In this document: piece by piece, positions 53,755 through 64,000 of the stretch
Numbering within the stretch: position 1 is the first letter of the stretch
How the letters are laid out: every line of letters begins with the position of its first letter
Source of the DNA: Lepidodermella squamata
Taxonomy: Eukaryota > Animalia > Gastrotricha
Direction of reading: 5' to 3'
Assembly (NCBI GenBank): GCA_047495785.1
Contig: JBLDXI010000038.1
Coordinates: 620,001-684,000 of the forward strand
DNA length: 64,000 bases
The notes under the pieces: generated by a model
Database searches by the model: none
Told to the model about the DNA's origin: nothing
The model's input: only the letters and a program-made list of their open reading frames with translations
Translations under genes and position numbers: made by a program

Positions 53755-56436
53755 TATATAACCTTAATATAGGGAAATTAAAACGGTCACTCAGAAATTG
53801 GGATGCTCTTAAAAACTTTCAGCTTCAATTTTTCACGCAGAAAGCATACATTTATGCCGTGAGCAGTGAGGACGGTGCAAGAAATAAAAAAAAACAAAAA
53901 AAGCTTTTCCATTCGGGAAAAATTACGATATCAAAATGTTGAAGATGCGCCCGGCTTGATGACACGAGGTCGCGAGCTTAAGCTTTATGAAGAACCGTGG
54001 TTACTCGCGGCCGTGGCGCGGGTCATCCTCCAGGTTCCAGGGCGATGAGGCGATAATAAATGAATAAGTGCAATATAACGCGTGTCTCATTTCATCGAAC
54101 ATTTGAAATAATATAAGGTGTCTTAACCCATCGGAAACTGAGATTAAATATTATAATGTTGCATTTTCCGATGGTTTTGTTGAAAATACGAAAAATATAT
54201 ATTCCGGTGGTTCCGACGCTTTAAGTTAAAATGGTTCGAGAAAAGAAAATAAAGGTTCGATGGTTTCATTTTACTTCACTAAAATATGGCCTTACCTAGT
54301 TTTACCGCGCGATGAATAACGCCTCAGGTACGAGAGCTACAACAAGACAACACCGTTCGAAAGCCCGTCAAATTAAATTCTACACTAGAAATTATTATAT
54401 CACACCGAGAATCTTCCAAATCGCCATGAAAAAACATCGAAATCTTCAAAATTTCATTTTTTAAGGTGGTCTTACGAGCACAAATTTTGAGGTCTGCGTC
54501 CTGTGAAAATATGGCCTATTTCATTCATCAGAGCGCCTCGAGTTACCTACTCGACATTAAATATTTGACTTTGCAGTCGCAGTTAAATATTATCCAGAAT
54601 TGTTATATCAATATTTCAAAAATGTATTGGTTTGTTTTTTATCTCAGTTTTTACCGCGTGGATTATTCGCAAGAAACGGTAGGAGCTATAAACTTAGGGA
54701 TTCGACAGTTTGATAGCCCGTGAAATTCTGCACTAGGATAGGTTTTTCATGTTTTTCCAGGACGCTTCCAGATTGCCTCGAGAATAATTAAAAACCTGCA
54801 AAATTGCGAAAATTCGAAGTTTTAAGGTGGATCGACACTCGTTTTAGCACGCCTCTAATAACTTGAGAACTGTGATGGCTACAGATACGTGCTTGGTCTC
54901 GTTCGATCCGTCTTGAAATTCTACATCGGACAGCGTAGTTATTATGTGCGCACAAAACAGGTAAATGCGGCTTAAATTTGACAGAAATCGTCTCCGCCGG
55001 CACGTTAAAAATAAGCTGAATAACGCGTTTTGCCGCGCCTCTTATAGTTCAACGACCATAAAGCCTGTGATGACGTGCTTAGTCTCTAAAAATTCAGTAG
55101 AAAACTTGCTACATTTTACGTGGATTTACATAGGAGCGCTATCGGGGTTAGGTTTCAAAATATTTGATGAAATTCGGTGAAATTGAAGTTTTTATTTTCC
55201 CTAAAAATCAGTCGCGCGCTAAACGCTATAATCAAACGAAAATTGGCGAATCTCGCGGCGGTTTTAGTACCGAAAAATCGGCCTTTCTTCTGAGTAGCTA
55301 AAAATCAACTTTTAACACGACAAATTCCGCACCTGAAAGGGTGTTGCTCGCGTGTTGAAAAAATTCGTTTGCCGCGCCTTTCGTTTGTAAGGCTTGAGTG
55401 ACATGGGACTACTTCCGTTATTCACCGCAGCCGCTCACACCGGCACCCAGCCGGGCTGATTACGACCGCGCGCCTTTGTCAATCATGTCGGCCGGCTACG
55501 TCAGTCAATACGACAAAGAGTGCGCTCATTGTGAGCAACTTTTATTGGCTTTTAATCAGCTTATACACACTGAGAATGGTGACAACATTTTCTTGTTTTG
55601 CAAATTTCTCTATAACTTTCTCTATTTGAATTCAGGCACGCGGCGAGGCGAGTTGAAAAAGAGGGCTTATACATTTCCGAAATGTCAAGTTTAATAATCA
55701 GACCGGTTAACACATCATTTTGTCGTTTTTATAGACGTCGCGGCTGCGAAAACTCGGTAAGTTCACTCGAGGTGCGTTGGTAATAAGTAATAACAAGTGT
55801 AATCAATTCTAAATAACTCTTTTCAGTGCACTTTTCTCGACAACAAATCACAGCCTCATACATCTCTATTTTTCTATCAAATTTTCTCTATTTATCACCC
55901 ATTTCTAAATATCTACGGTGGCCAGTTTTAATAGCAGCGGTTCCATTTTTCTTGTTTTTGTTGAACAGCGGGCGAAACGCGAGGTGACAATACTACGAAG
56001 CGAGGTAAGTTTACAGGTGATAACAGGTATAAACTAACTACGCTCGTAATAACCAAACTCATCAACTGATCGGCTATTATCTGAAATACTTATTTCCTCG
56101 ACTACTTCTTTTATACTTATTACTCAGCAATTTTTAACTATATTTTTTAGCTAGTCGCGGGCGTTGATCTCTCCATTTGATCTAGTTGATCTCTCTATTG
56201 GTTATCGGATAAGAATCGTGCTGCCGAGGCATCTTTATCGCGCTGATGCAAGGCCTTTCGTCTTGATATGAACATAAATCCAAAATTTAGCAAGCAGCAA
56301 AGTATATCGCGTTTATTTCGAGCCCAGTTACAAACGGCTACATATCTCTTTGATGATACGTTGAAATTGATGATAATGATGCTAATTGATGACAATTGAT
56401 GACAATGATGAAATCAGAGCTTCCTGAATGCGGGAA

Positions 56437-56535
56437 CGGCGGCGGCGGCGGCGGCGGCGGTGCGGAACCGCCCCGGATGCGCCGGGCAAAAGCGACGACG
56501 ACGACGACGACGACGACGGCCGCGGCGGCGGCGGC
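56437..56535. repeat. (GGC)n and (ACG)n microsatellites
   Basis: Direct inspection. Confidence 0.8.
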
Positions 56536-57455
56536 GCCCAGCGTGGCGCAGCGGCCGGTGCGCCTAATCGCTGTTCAGCGCATAACGCGTTCGCTTAGTG
56601 CGCGACGTAACGCGTGTTGCTACGCGTGATTCCTTATGAAGAAAGTAACGCGTGATGAAAGGGGGTGTAACGCGTGATAAATCTAACAGTGATGTAACAG
56701 CAGAGAAAAATTGTAATAAATCATTCTGTGAGTGTGTTAATATTCAGTCTAATTGCTGCTGTTCCCCGAACCAGGTCAGGGTGACCTACCATCCCTTCAA
56801 CTGCCTTTTGGTGGAGACTCGACGTATCGTTCGCCGAGGCTTAGGGAGTTTCATTCGGGAAAATCTCGTAATAGAGCATGGATCTATGGACCCTCGCTTT
56901 GCCACCGAAGAGCGTCGGCGGCCAGTCGCTTATCCAGCGCGGCCTCGAGGAATGTTACCCGAATGCCACCTCTGGCTAATATCTTTTTACTAATTCTGTA
57001 ACACACGTAAGTGCCCTCGGGAAGGGCTGAAGTTCCTCCTGCACCACGTTCTGATCGAGAAAGTTTGGCGGGACATTTTGGGCCTCCCGACGAAAGGTCA
57101 CTTTGCGATTACTGCCTGGTGTGCTGTCGGACCTGAACTAGTTATTGGCCATTACTGCTTCGCCTTCACTTCCAAGTCGAAAATTTTTACCCTTTTTTTA
57201 CCCTTTTAACAAGCTAGGTTAGGTCCGGCTTGGAATTACCTATTTAGAAGCGGGTGGGTAATTGTAAATTGTAAACGATTAATTTATTGGCTTAGTGCAC
57301 GTTGGTAAACTTGCAGGTAAACTTGCATCCGGAAAACTTCATGACAAAGTTATAAAACAAATAGAAACTTTATTAAATTTATTCTCCGCATATTTTGCGC
57401 CTTTTTTTGCTACACCACTGGTGATAAAAAATATTGATTAACGCAAAAATTAGCA

Positions 57456-59308
57456 TTAGGAGTTTGTTAATTTCGGTGAACGGCATGTGCCTATCCTTTG
57501 CTGAAGATCACTTATTGTTGTTTCGGTACTAAGGCAGGGATTGAGTTGAGCGTTTCCCGTCGAACTGGCCCGGCATCTCGTCTCGTCCTCAGTGAATAGT
57601 TTCTTGCAAAGGTTGGTGAAAGCATACTTGACATAGACGTAATAAACCTCTGAATAAGTGCGATGCCATTGAAAATAGCTTGCCGCCATTTCTCGACTTC
57701 CTCTCAGCAGCTTGAGGTAATTTGCAAGAGTTTCCAAGCTGGAAAATTTGTCGACGTCAACGAAACTTCCATTCGGAGCTATACCAGTGTAGTCATCAGA
57801 CCCATAAACTATAGGAATCAGGCCGTTATTCAACGATGCATTCAAGCCGTAACCGAATTTTTCAGTTATCTGAAAAACAAAAACGTTGTTATTCATAATA
57901 TTATATGATCACAGGTTAAGCGGGAAACAGTGTTCACCGTTTGGTTCATTCAAATATTTGTTATTCAGACGATTTCTGCCAAAACAAAAACCAACTTTAG
58001 CTCTGTTGTACGCGCTATATCACTATCAAACTGCGAGCGACTTTGGCATAGACATTCGATTTATATGAAACAGATGATCGTTTTAATCACCCTAAATTAA
58101 CCGGGCCAGCCCTAGACTTTCTCTGATCCCAAATTTAGTGCGGGAGCCTACATTTTAGCGGTGCAAAATGTAGACCGGAGAACACACGCGCAGTTTCCAA
58201 GTTATTAACGCTATTAAAGCTATTAAAGCGCAAATATTACATAATCTTGGCACAAGGAATTTTCGAAAGATAGGTAATAGCGATATTGAGCATAGAATGC
58301 GTCGTAGCCCATTTTCTCGATCATTTTGTCCGGTCTAGTCGATCCACAGCCACCAAATATATCGATTCCGATTCCTAAAGCTCTCAACTTTTCACCGATG
58401 ATCTCGCGTTTACTAGGCGTTTGGCAGTTCGAAACTATCCAGACAGCATCCTTTGGCCGTTTAATGAACGAATCGGCGATATTTTCGATGCGTTTATCGA
58501 TTGCCTCCAGCGAGCTCAATGACAATGGAGTTATTCTAGGCACCAAATGTACATAAGGAGCCCAGACATCAGCATGTCGGCTGTACGTTATCGACCAGTT
58601 CATCTTCCAATCGTTTGCTTTTTGCCACATGCCATCGTCAAAACCACTGTGTAACGGACTCTCCAACAGGTAATAGCACCAGCGTTGGGACGGGTTGCGA
58701 CTTTTGGGCTTGTTATCGAACTCGAAATTGCGGCCGTGAAACACGACTGCGTCTGCTTTTTCGTAGAGGTTTCTGTCAGTTGTGAATAAACACGTTCTAT
58801 TGTGCGATGAATCATCGCTACCCGGCAATGTTGAACCGCCGAAATCGTGGAAATGCGACTTCCATTGGTCGCCGAAAAAGTCAGTCATGAAAACGATCAA
58901 TTTTTGAGTATTATCCAGGCTAGAATTGTGAATTCTTTCCTTTTTTGGCGCTGAGCGAGAATCCCCGTTAATTGCTGGATTGATGTCATCGTAATCGTTT
59001 GCAATTTTAACGGATGTGCTGTCATGTGAAACTGACATCTCAGAAATAACACCGCTTTCGGCCCAATAATTGAAAGCGTCCTTCACTGGTCTGAAAATGA
59101 TGTCCCTGCTTTGAAGAGCCGAAATAGCGCTGCTAGCCACGAAGGTTGTAACAACAAGTGAAATAAAGCACCCAAGCACCAATTTTTGCTTTGTCGTGTT
59201 GAAGACTGCTGCCACTATTCGCCGGTTCGGTGAGTGAAATTCAACTTTAGAATCGCCCATTAACGATATCAGTTCGATATGTTGTGAAGCATTGTTCCTA
59301 TCCGACAT
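57456..59308 (-). CDS. Alpha-1,3-fucosyltransferase (GT10); exons 59308-58241 and 57869-57456
   Basis: Type II TM anchor, ADAVVFH, LESP, TYSRHADV, WIVSNC, and FENSLCQDY|ITEK across a phase-0 intron. Confidence 0.92.
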
Positions 59309-59663
59309 TTTGAGGGGAATAAAAACGTGTGAATTAAGCCTACCATGGCAGAGCCCCAGACCACTAACGATAGCCACCCTATTCACTATAGGCACAGCTT
59401 GAATGCGTAATAAACCTCTTGTTGATTGTTTGATAGTAGTAGTAAAGGAGTGCTGCAATCGATGATCGGCGGGTGAAAACAAGCCTCTACGCATGTCTCA
59501 TGATTCATTGATGACAGCCCACAATCCTCAAAAAGCGAGTTTTGTGACAACATACGCAAAGTGGTCACTAGCCACGACAACAACAAAACGCCTTGAAAAT
59601 GAGTTGTAAAAAACGGTTTTATTCATTCGCAAAAATTATATTGATTAGGGAGGATTTTTTGTT

Positions 59664-60854
59664 CTAATTTTTAGCAGCTGATTTCACTTCTTCGTCCTCT
59701 GCTCCTTCATCAGCACAATACTCGTCTTCATCGCTAACAACTGCTTTTCGGCCCTTTTTGCCAGCGTCGCCTGGCTTCTGTTTCGGAATATAGGCCACGT
59801 GATCGATGAAGAACTCCTCAGGAGAGGGCGGGCACGTAATTGTGGCGCGAACAATGAACTGGCCGCCGCTTTGCTTTTGCTGCGCTATCGAAGCCATGAG
59901 AGCCTTGACGTTTTCATGCAGCTGTTCCGGGTCCATTTTCAGCCGGCCAAACGGCGTTTTCAACGCCGCAACTGCGTCCGTCAACTTCTCAGATTCGTAC
60001 GTCTTGCCTTTCAGGCAAAACTCCATTAGTTCGGCCATATTTGCACCCAACGTGCCTTTCATTTTCGACGGGAAACGGTCTTTCATTTTCGACCGAGTCG
60101 GCAATATTTCGGCAACAACATCAAGCGTTGCCACGGCAAAGTCATAGTCACTTCGAGTCAACTCATCCTCTTGAACCTTGGACCAGAAAAGGCGAGAACT
60201 TACAGAAAGAAAAAAATCATCGTTTCAAAAATTACCGCTTTGATTAGTTCATCGAGCCCAACGCGGATCGCGCCCATTTGCATGGCTGTATCCTGGTCCT
60301 GGGTGGTTTTGCAGAATGCCAAAATTCGCCTAACTCTGCCGTCGTCGAATTCATGAGGCAAACGAACAGTGTTACTGAACTGGCCAACAAATTTTGTCTT
60401 CTTGGCTGTAGTCATATCAAGGCGCAAATTCAAATGTAACAAGCCGTTCGGGTTATTGAGCATCGCTGGTTGAGCAAGTTCTCGGTGTCTCTGAATACAC
60501 ATTATGTAACGTCAAGTATAGAAAATTGCACGAGTTCAGGCAACAAACTAGGACAGCTTCGGCAACGCTGATGGGTTGGGGCGGGTAGTGCTCGCGAATC
60601 CACACATTATCGACTGGTTTCCTCTTCAGCCACTCCTCGAGATCTTCGCCGTCTAGAGATGCGCCTGGCCGTTCTGTCGCGATAAGCCTCTCTGCAGCCG
60701 CAGCAGCTGCCAGTTGTTTCTCAAGAAACGCTTTCGGAACGAATTTCGCCTTCTCGGCGGCAGGAGGCGGAGCGTTGTGCTTAATTCGTGGCTTATTATG
60801 TTTGCTTCGGACAACCGTAGTTATCACAGTCGAAAAAACACGCCGAGTAAACAT
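59664..60854 (-). CDS. MRPL1: Mitochondrial ribosomal protein uL1m (3 exons)
   Basis: Transit-like N-terminus, PVDNVW, LPHEF..RRILAF, DFAVAT, FGRLKM..LHEN; two short introns. Confidence 0.8.
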
Positions 60855-61145
60855 TTCCCACTCAAAATTACACCCTACTGTCGTGAGAAAAAAGAGACAT
60901 CAATTCGGTAAAATTCCGGTTTTCAATTTTATTGACCTTAAAAAGCAATCAAAGTTTTTAGTTTTACTTGTTTTGAACAGAAGAGACAAGCCTATTATTG
61001 TATTACATTAAGGTGGCTGAGCTGGCCACCAATCACCACGACGTGTGTTCAAGAATAAGTGGAAAGAGAGACGCGAAATTCGCTTATTTTTACTATGCAT
61101 CAGAGATTATCCAGCGGATCTCTGAGCCCTAACTCTGAGACTGTT

Positions 61146-61444
61146 CTAGTTGTAGGTCATGTAGCGTGGCGTTGCGCTGAACTTGGCGTATGACTTGATG
61201 ACCTTATTCACGGCTTCGATAAAGTCCTTCTCGGTGGCGACCTTGCGGCGGGCGCGAATAGCGAACATGCCAGCTTCGGTGCACACCGATCGGATTTCGG
61301 CACCGGTCGAGTTCGGGCACAAACGGCCCAGCAGTTCGTAACGAATGCCTTTCTCGACACTCATCTGCTTCGCGTGAATGCGGAAGATATTCGTGCGACC
61401 TTCGAGATCAGGCAAACCAAACTCGATTTTACGATCGAGACGAC
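61146..61444 (-). CDS. PSMC2: 26S proteasome regulatory ATPase Rpt1, final exon (upstream exons not seen in window)
   Basis: [54 protein letters not shown]; acceptor TTTTGCAG. Confidence 0.95.
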
Positions 61445-62779
61445 CTGCAAAAGAGTAAAATAAATTCTATAAAATTGCAAGTGGATATGAAGGAGTTTTG
61501 ATTTTGGGCTCCACCTTCGGCTACAAGTTCGATAGTAAATGATGGAATAATGACAATATTAATTGAGTATAGTCAATGGCTCAATTTCACGTAGCCGAAA
61601 AACGAAAGATTGGGCGAAACTTCTGAACTTCGTGAGATTTTGACGTAGGCAGCCTTTGAAGCATAGTTATCACCCTAGCTAACATCTTGAAGCATAGTAT
61701 CGAATGATGAAGCTGCCCTTTTCGTGATTTATCAACTTTAAAGCAATTTTCTCGACTTCGGTTTGCTCAACAAGCAAGTGGCTTCTCCCTGTGACTCGGT
61801 AATCACACCCGATATTATAGCTAGCTTCTTACCGCTCAAATACTCGCGATCTGAGCTTAGATTTGTGGTTTCCTATCAGCCCATTTCAACATTAACACAA
61901 TTATTGTACAGCAAATCGGACTATTTTTAATTTTTGCGATTTCCACTAAGATAGCATGCGTTTTTTTTTAATTTGCGTTGTTACTTTGTGCGCGAAAATT
62001 CTCATTCACAAACCAGCAAAGCATTTCAAGGCACAGCAATAATTAATTTAATCATATGCGCACAAAATGCTGATAAAACGGTGACGCAAGCCGAGGTTAC
62101 AGCAGGCGAGCGCAGCAATGCCTTATGATCAAAACGAGGTGAATCCGATTATAGCCGTAAAAGGAGAGTGAAACGAGCCTAGTCGGCGCCAGTCAAGACT
62201 TGTCGAAGCAAGAGTGAAACAAGGCGCAGCCAAGAGCAACGAGTATAGAGACGAGTTCAACGTTTCTCATTTTTTCGAGCCACAATTTTGATGTTTTATC
62301 GAACGTATTATCGCTGTGCAAGAGACTCACTCATCGTGCAGCGAGTGACAAATTCTCTGAGCTGGACATGTTCGGCAAGGCGCCTGTGCTCCCTTGCAGC
62401 AGAACATGTTATTGAAATGAGGTGAAAAACTCGCATTATATGAGGCGCACGTAAAAAACGGTCAATATTGAATCTTTGCTCTTTTTGAAGAAAGCAACAG
62501 CAACGCTTATTCACCAATTCGCACCCCCGTTTTTTATCTGAGTAAAAAATACATGGGCCCTTTTCTTGGCGTGCGTCTCGTTTAGTCCTTTTTAAATGAT
62601 GGCATCGGAATAAAGTTAGCGAACCGCTGATATAGTCCCTGAAAATTAGATGATGTGCTCTAATGATGTTGGATCACTCGTTTGATCGCCTTCGAAAACG
62701 CTCCCCCGAGTAAACTTGAAATTAGATTTTTCTATATATTATATTATATATTATATATCCGAAATAAATAATCGAATAT

Positions 62780-64000
62780 TAAATTTTGTTAGCGACCGAT
62801 TAATGTCGGCTAGACTAAAGATCTATCGTGAGACCTTCAGCGTCATAGTAGTATATGCACCCGCGGCGAATGATGTGAAATTACTGGACAAATTTATCTC
62901 TGACTAACAGCTGGAATAGAACAGATTGGTGACACTGAATGGACAAGTTAAAAGCCAGAAAAACTCAAAGAAAAAGTTGTCGGCGAACACACTAATCCAA
63001 TAGGAAACCCAAAAGGCAACTGCTGGGTTGAATTTGCGGCTAGTAATAATGTGTGCTTTGTAAACTCATTTTTTCCTAATTGCGGATACTCTTGGGTGTC
63101 AGGTGACGGTAAAACCGATCGCTAATTGATTACGTACCAACTCCAACTGAGAACAAGCAATTATTCCACTCGTGTCATATTGTTGAAGAACCTGTTTTGG
63201 GATCTGATCATCGGTTAGTAGTTGCTAAACTAAAACTCCCGTATTACAATAGACCCAAAGCACTTAGCTCTGGAAAAATTCTGAACAATAACAGTCTACG
63301 TGCCAGTAATTATCAAGCTGTTTTCAATGAAAAAATCACTGATCTTCGCACTTCGAAAGTCAGTGATGAAGCATCGACATCTACTAGCCTGAGCGCTCAA
63401 TACAAAAATATGAAAACACGCTACTTTCAGCCACTAGAATCGCGTGCGGTGAGCAAGCAAGAAAACTTTTCAACCCAAAACCACCCTGGTGGTGTAAACA
63501 GGCAGCCGAGGCTGTCAAAACAGCCAAAGCCAGCTATCCGCAGTACCAGAAATATCTGATAATTAAGGAAGTGAATAACAAAGTTCGAGACTGGAAGAAA
63601 AAATTGTTGCAAAAACTAGAGAACGATTTCAACATTAGGGAATTACAAGATTTCAACGATTTGAATGAAGGAAATGACTGGAAAAATTTACGAAAATGTT
63701 GGGCTTAAGTTAAAAAACTACGAAACAAGAAAAGCGGCGGCCCAAATAATGGTAACCCCAGAGATGCTGAAAGCCATGGATGACGCCGGTATTGAATGGC
63801 TTGCTCAAATTCTAAATCAGGCTTGGTCGACTAAGACCATCCCTGAGGAGTGGTCGACGGCGATCATAGCACCATTTTATAAGAATAAGGGCGAAAAATC
63901 AGATTGCAAAAATTATTGCGGCATCAGTTTGCAGAGTGGTGTCGGTAAATTATACGCGATCATTCTGGAACGCAAATTGTGAAGCTTAATTGGCGCAGGA
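62780..64000 (+). mobile_element. Degenerate RTE-like LINE (APE endonuclease and RT N-terminus), probably within a PSMC2 intron
   Basis: RLMSARL..VIVVYAP, GSDHRLV, IPEEWSTAIIAPFYKNKG..CKNYCGISL; many stops and frameshifts. Confidence 0.85.

Larger units (their letters stand above)
52292..54277 (+). mobile_element. Non-autonomous relative of the 12976 MULE family
   Basis: 8-bp TSD ACTAAAAT (52284-52291, 54278-54285); ends GGAC...TTACTTC as in the larger element; ~50-bp inverted CATCGAACCTTTATTTTCTTTTCTCG.ACCATTTT.ACTTAAAGCGTCGGAA. Confidence 0.85.
51740..55250. repeat. Diverged internally repetitive interspersed element, interrupted by the 52292-54277 insertion
   Basis: Related units TTWACCGC..GAGCTA..AGCCCG..AAATTCT..TTTTAAGGTGG near 51930, 54300 and 54650; boundaries approximate. 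Confidence 0.45.

Noticed and set aside
56396-56629. Poly-Gly/Thr/Ala ORF
   Set aside because: Translation of trinucleotide microsatellites.
59309-59494. N-terminal extension of the fucosyltransferase ORF
   Set aside because: MSDRNN at 59308 gives a normal type II topology; the upstream part is probably 5' UTR.

Overview
Animal (invertebrate-like) nuclear DNA with very short (~50-60 nt) GT-AG introns; the organism cannot be identified from the sequence. Host genes: four prolyl 4-hydroxylase alpha paralogues (two disrupted), MRPL27, two divergent Cys-loop channel subunits, a GT10 alpha-1,3-fucosyltransferase, MRPL1 and the last exon of PSMC2. The centrepiece is a three-level nested insertion. 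A LINE 3' fragment is split by a 24.5-kb Mutator-like element (12976-37473, 8-bp TSD GTCCGAGA). The SWIM finger of that element's transposase is split by a complete, apparently intact 21.7-kb Polinton/Maverick (adintovirus-type) provirus (14992-36650, AG...CT ends, 75-bp perfect TIR, 6-bp TSD TCGGGT). The provirus has the full core (pPolB, integrase, ATPase, penton, major capsid, adenain, fibre). Its unusual parts: (i) a 3.5-kb non-coding array of 41 invariant hairpin-forming 29-nt repeats with alternating linkers, in four blocks each headed by a Pol III A/B-box unit that is not a tRNA; (ii) an AT-rich TCTA motif 12-22 nt upstream of nine genes (integrase, ATPase and seven virion-module genes), resembling the CroV/Mavirus late promoter, plus a VLTF3-like gene; (iii) a PLA2-integrase-chromodomain fusion; (iv) two spliced accessory genes, one a Ly6-like GPI-type protein. 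The remainder holds Gypsy, LINE, SINE and MITE fragments and a decayed USP-like/PHD gene. All protein-family calls are by eye from motifs; no database search was run.
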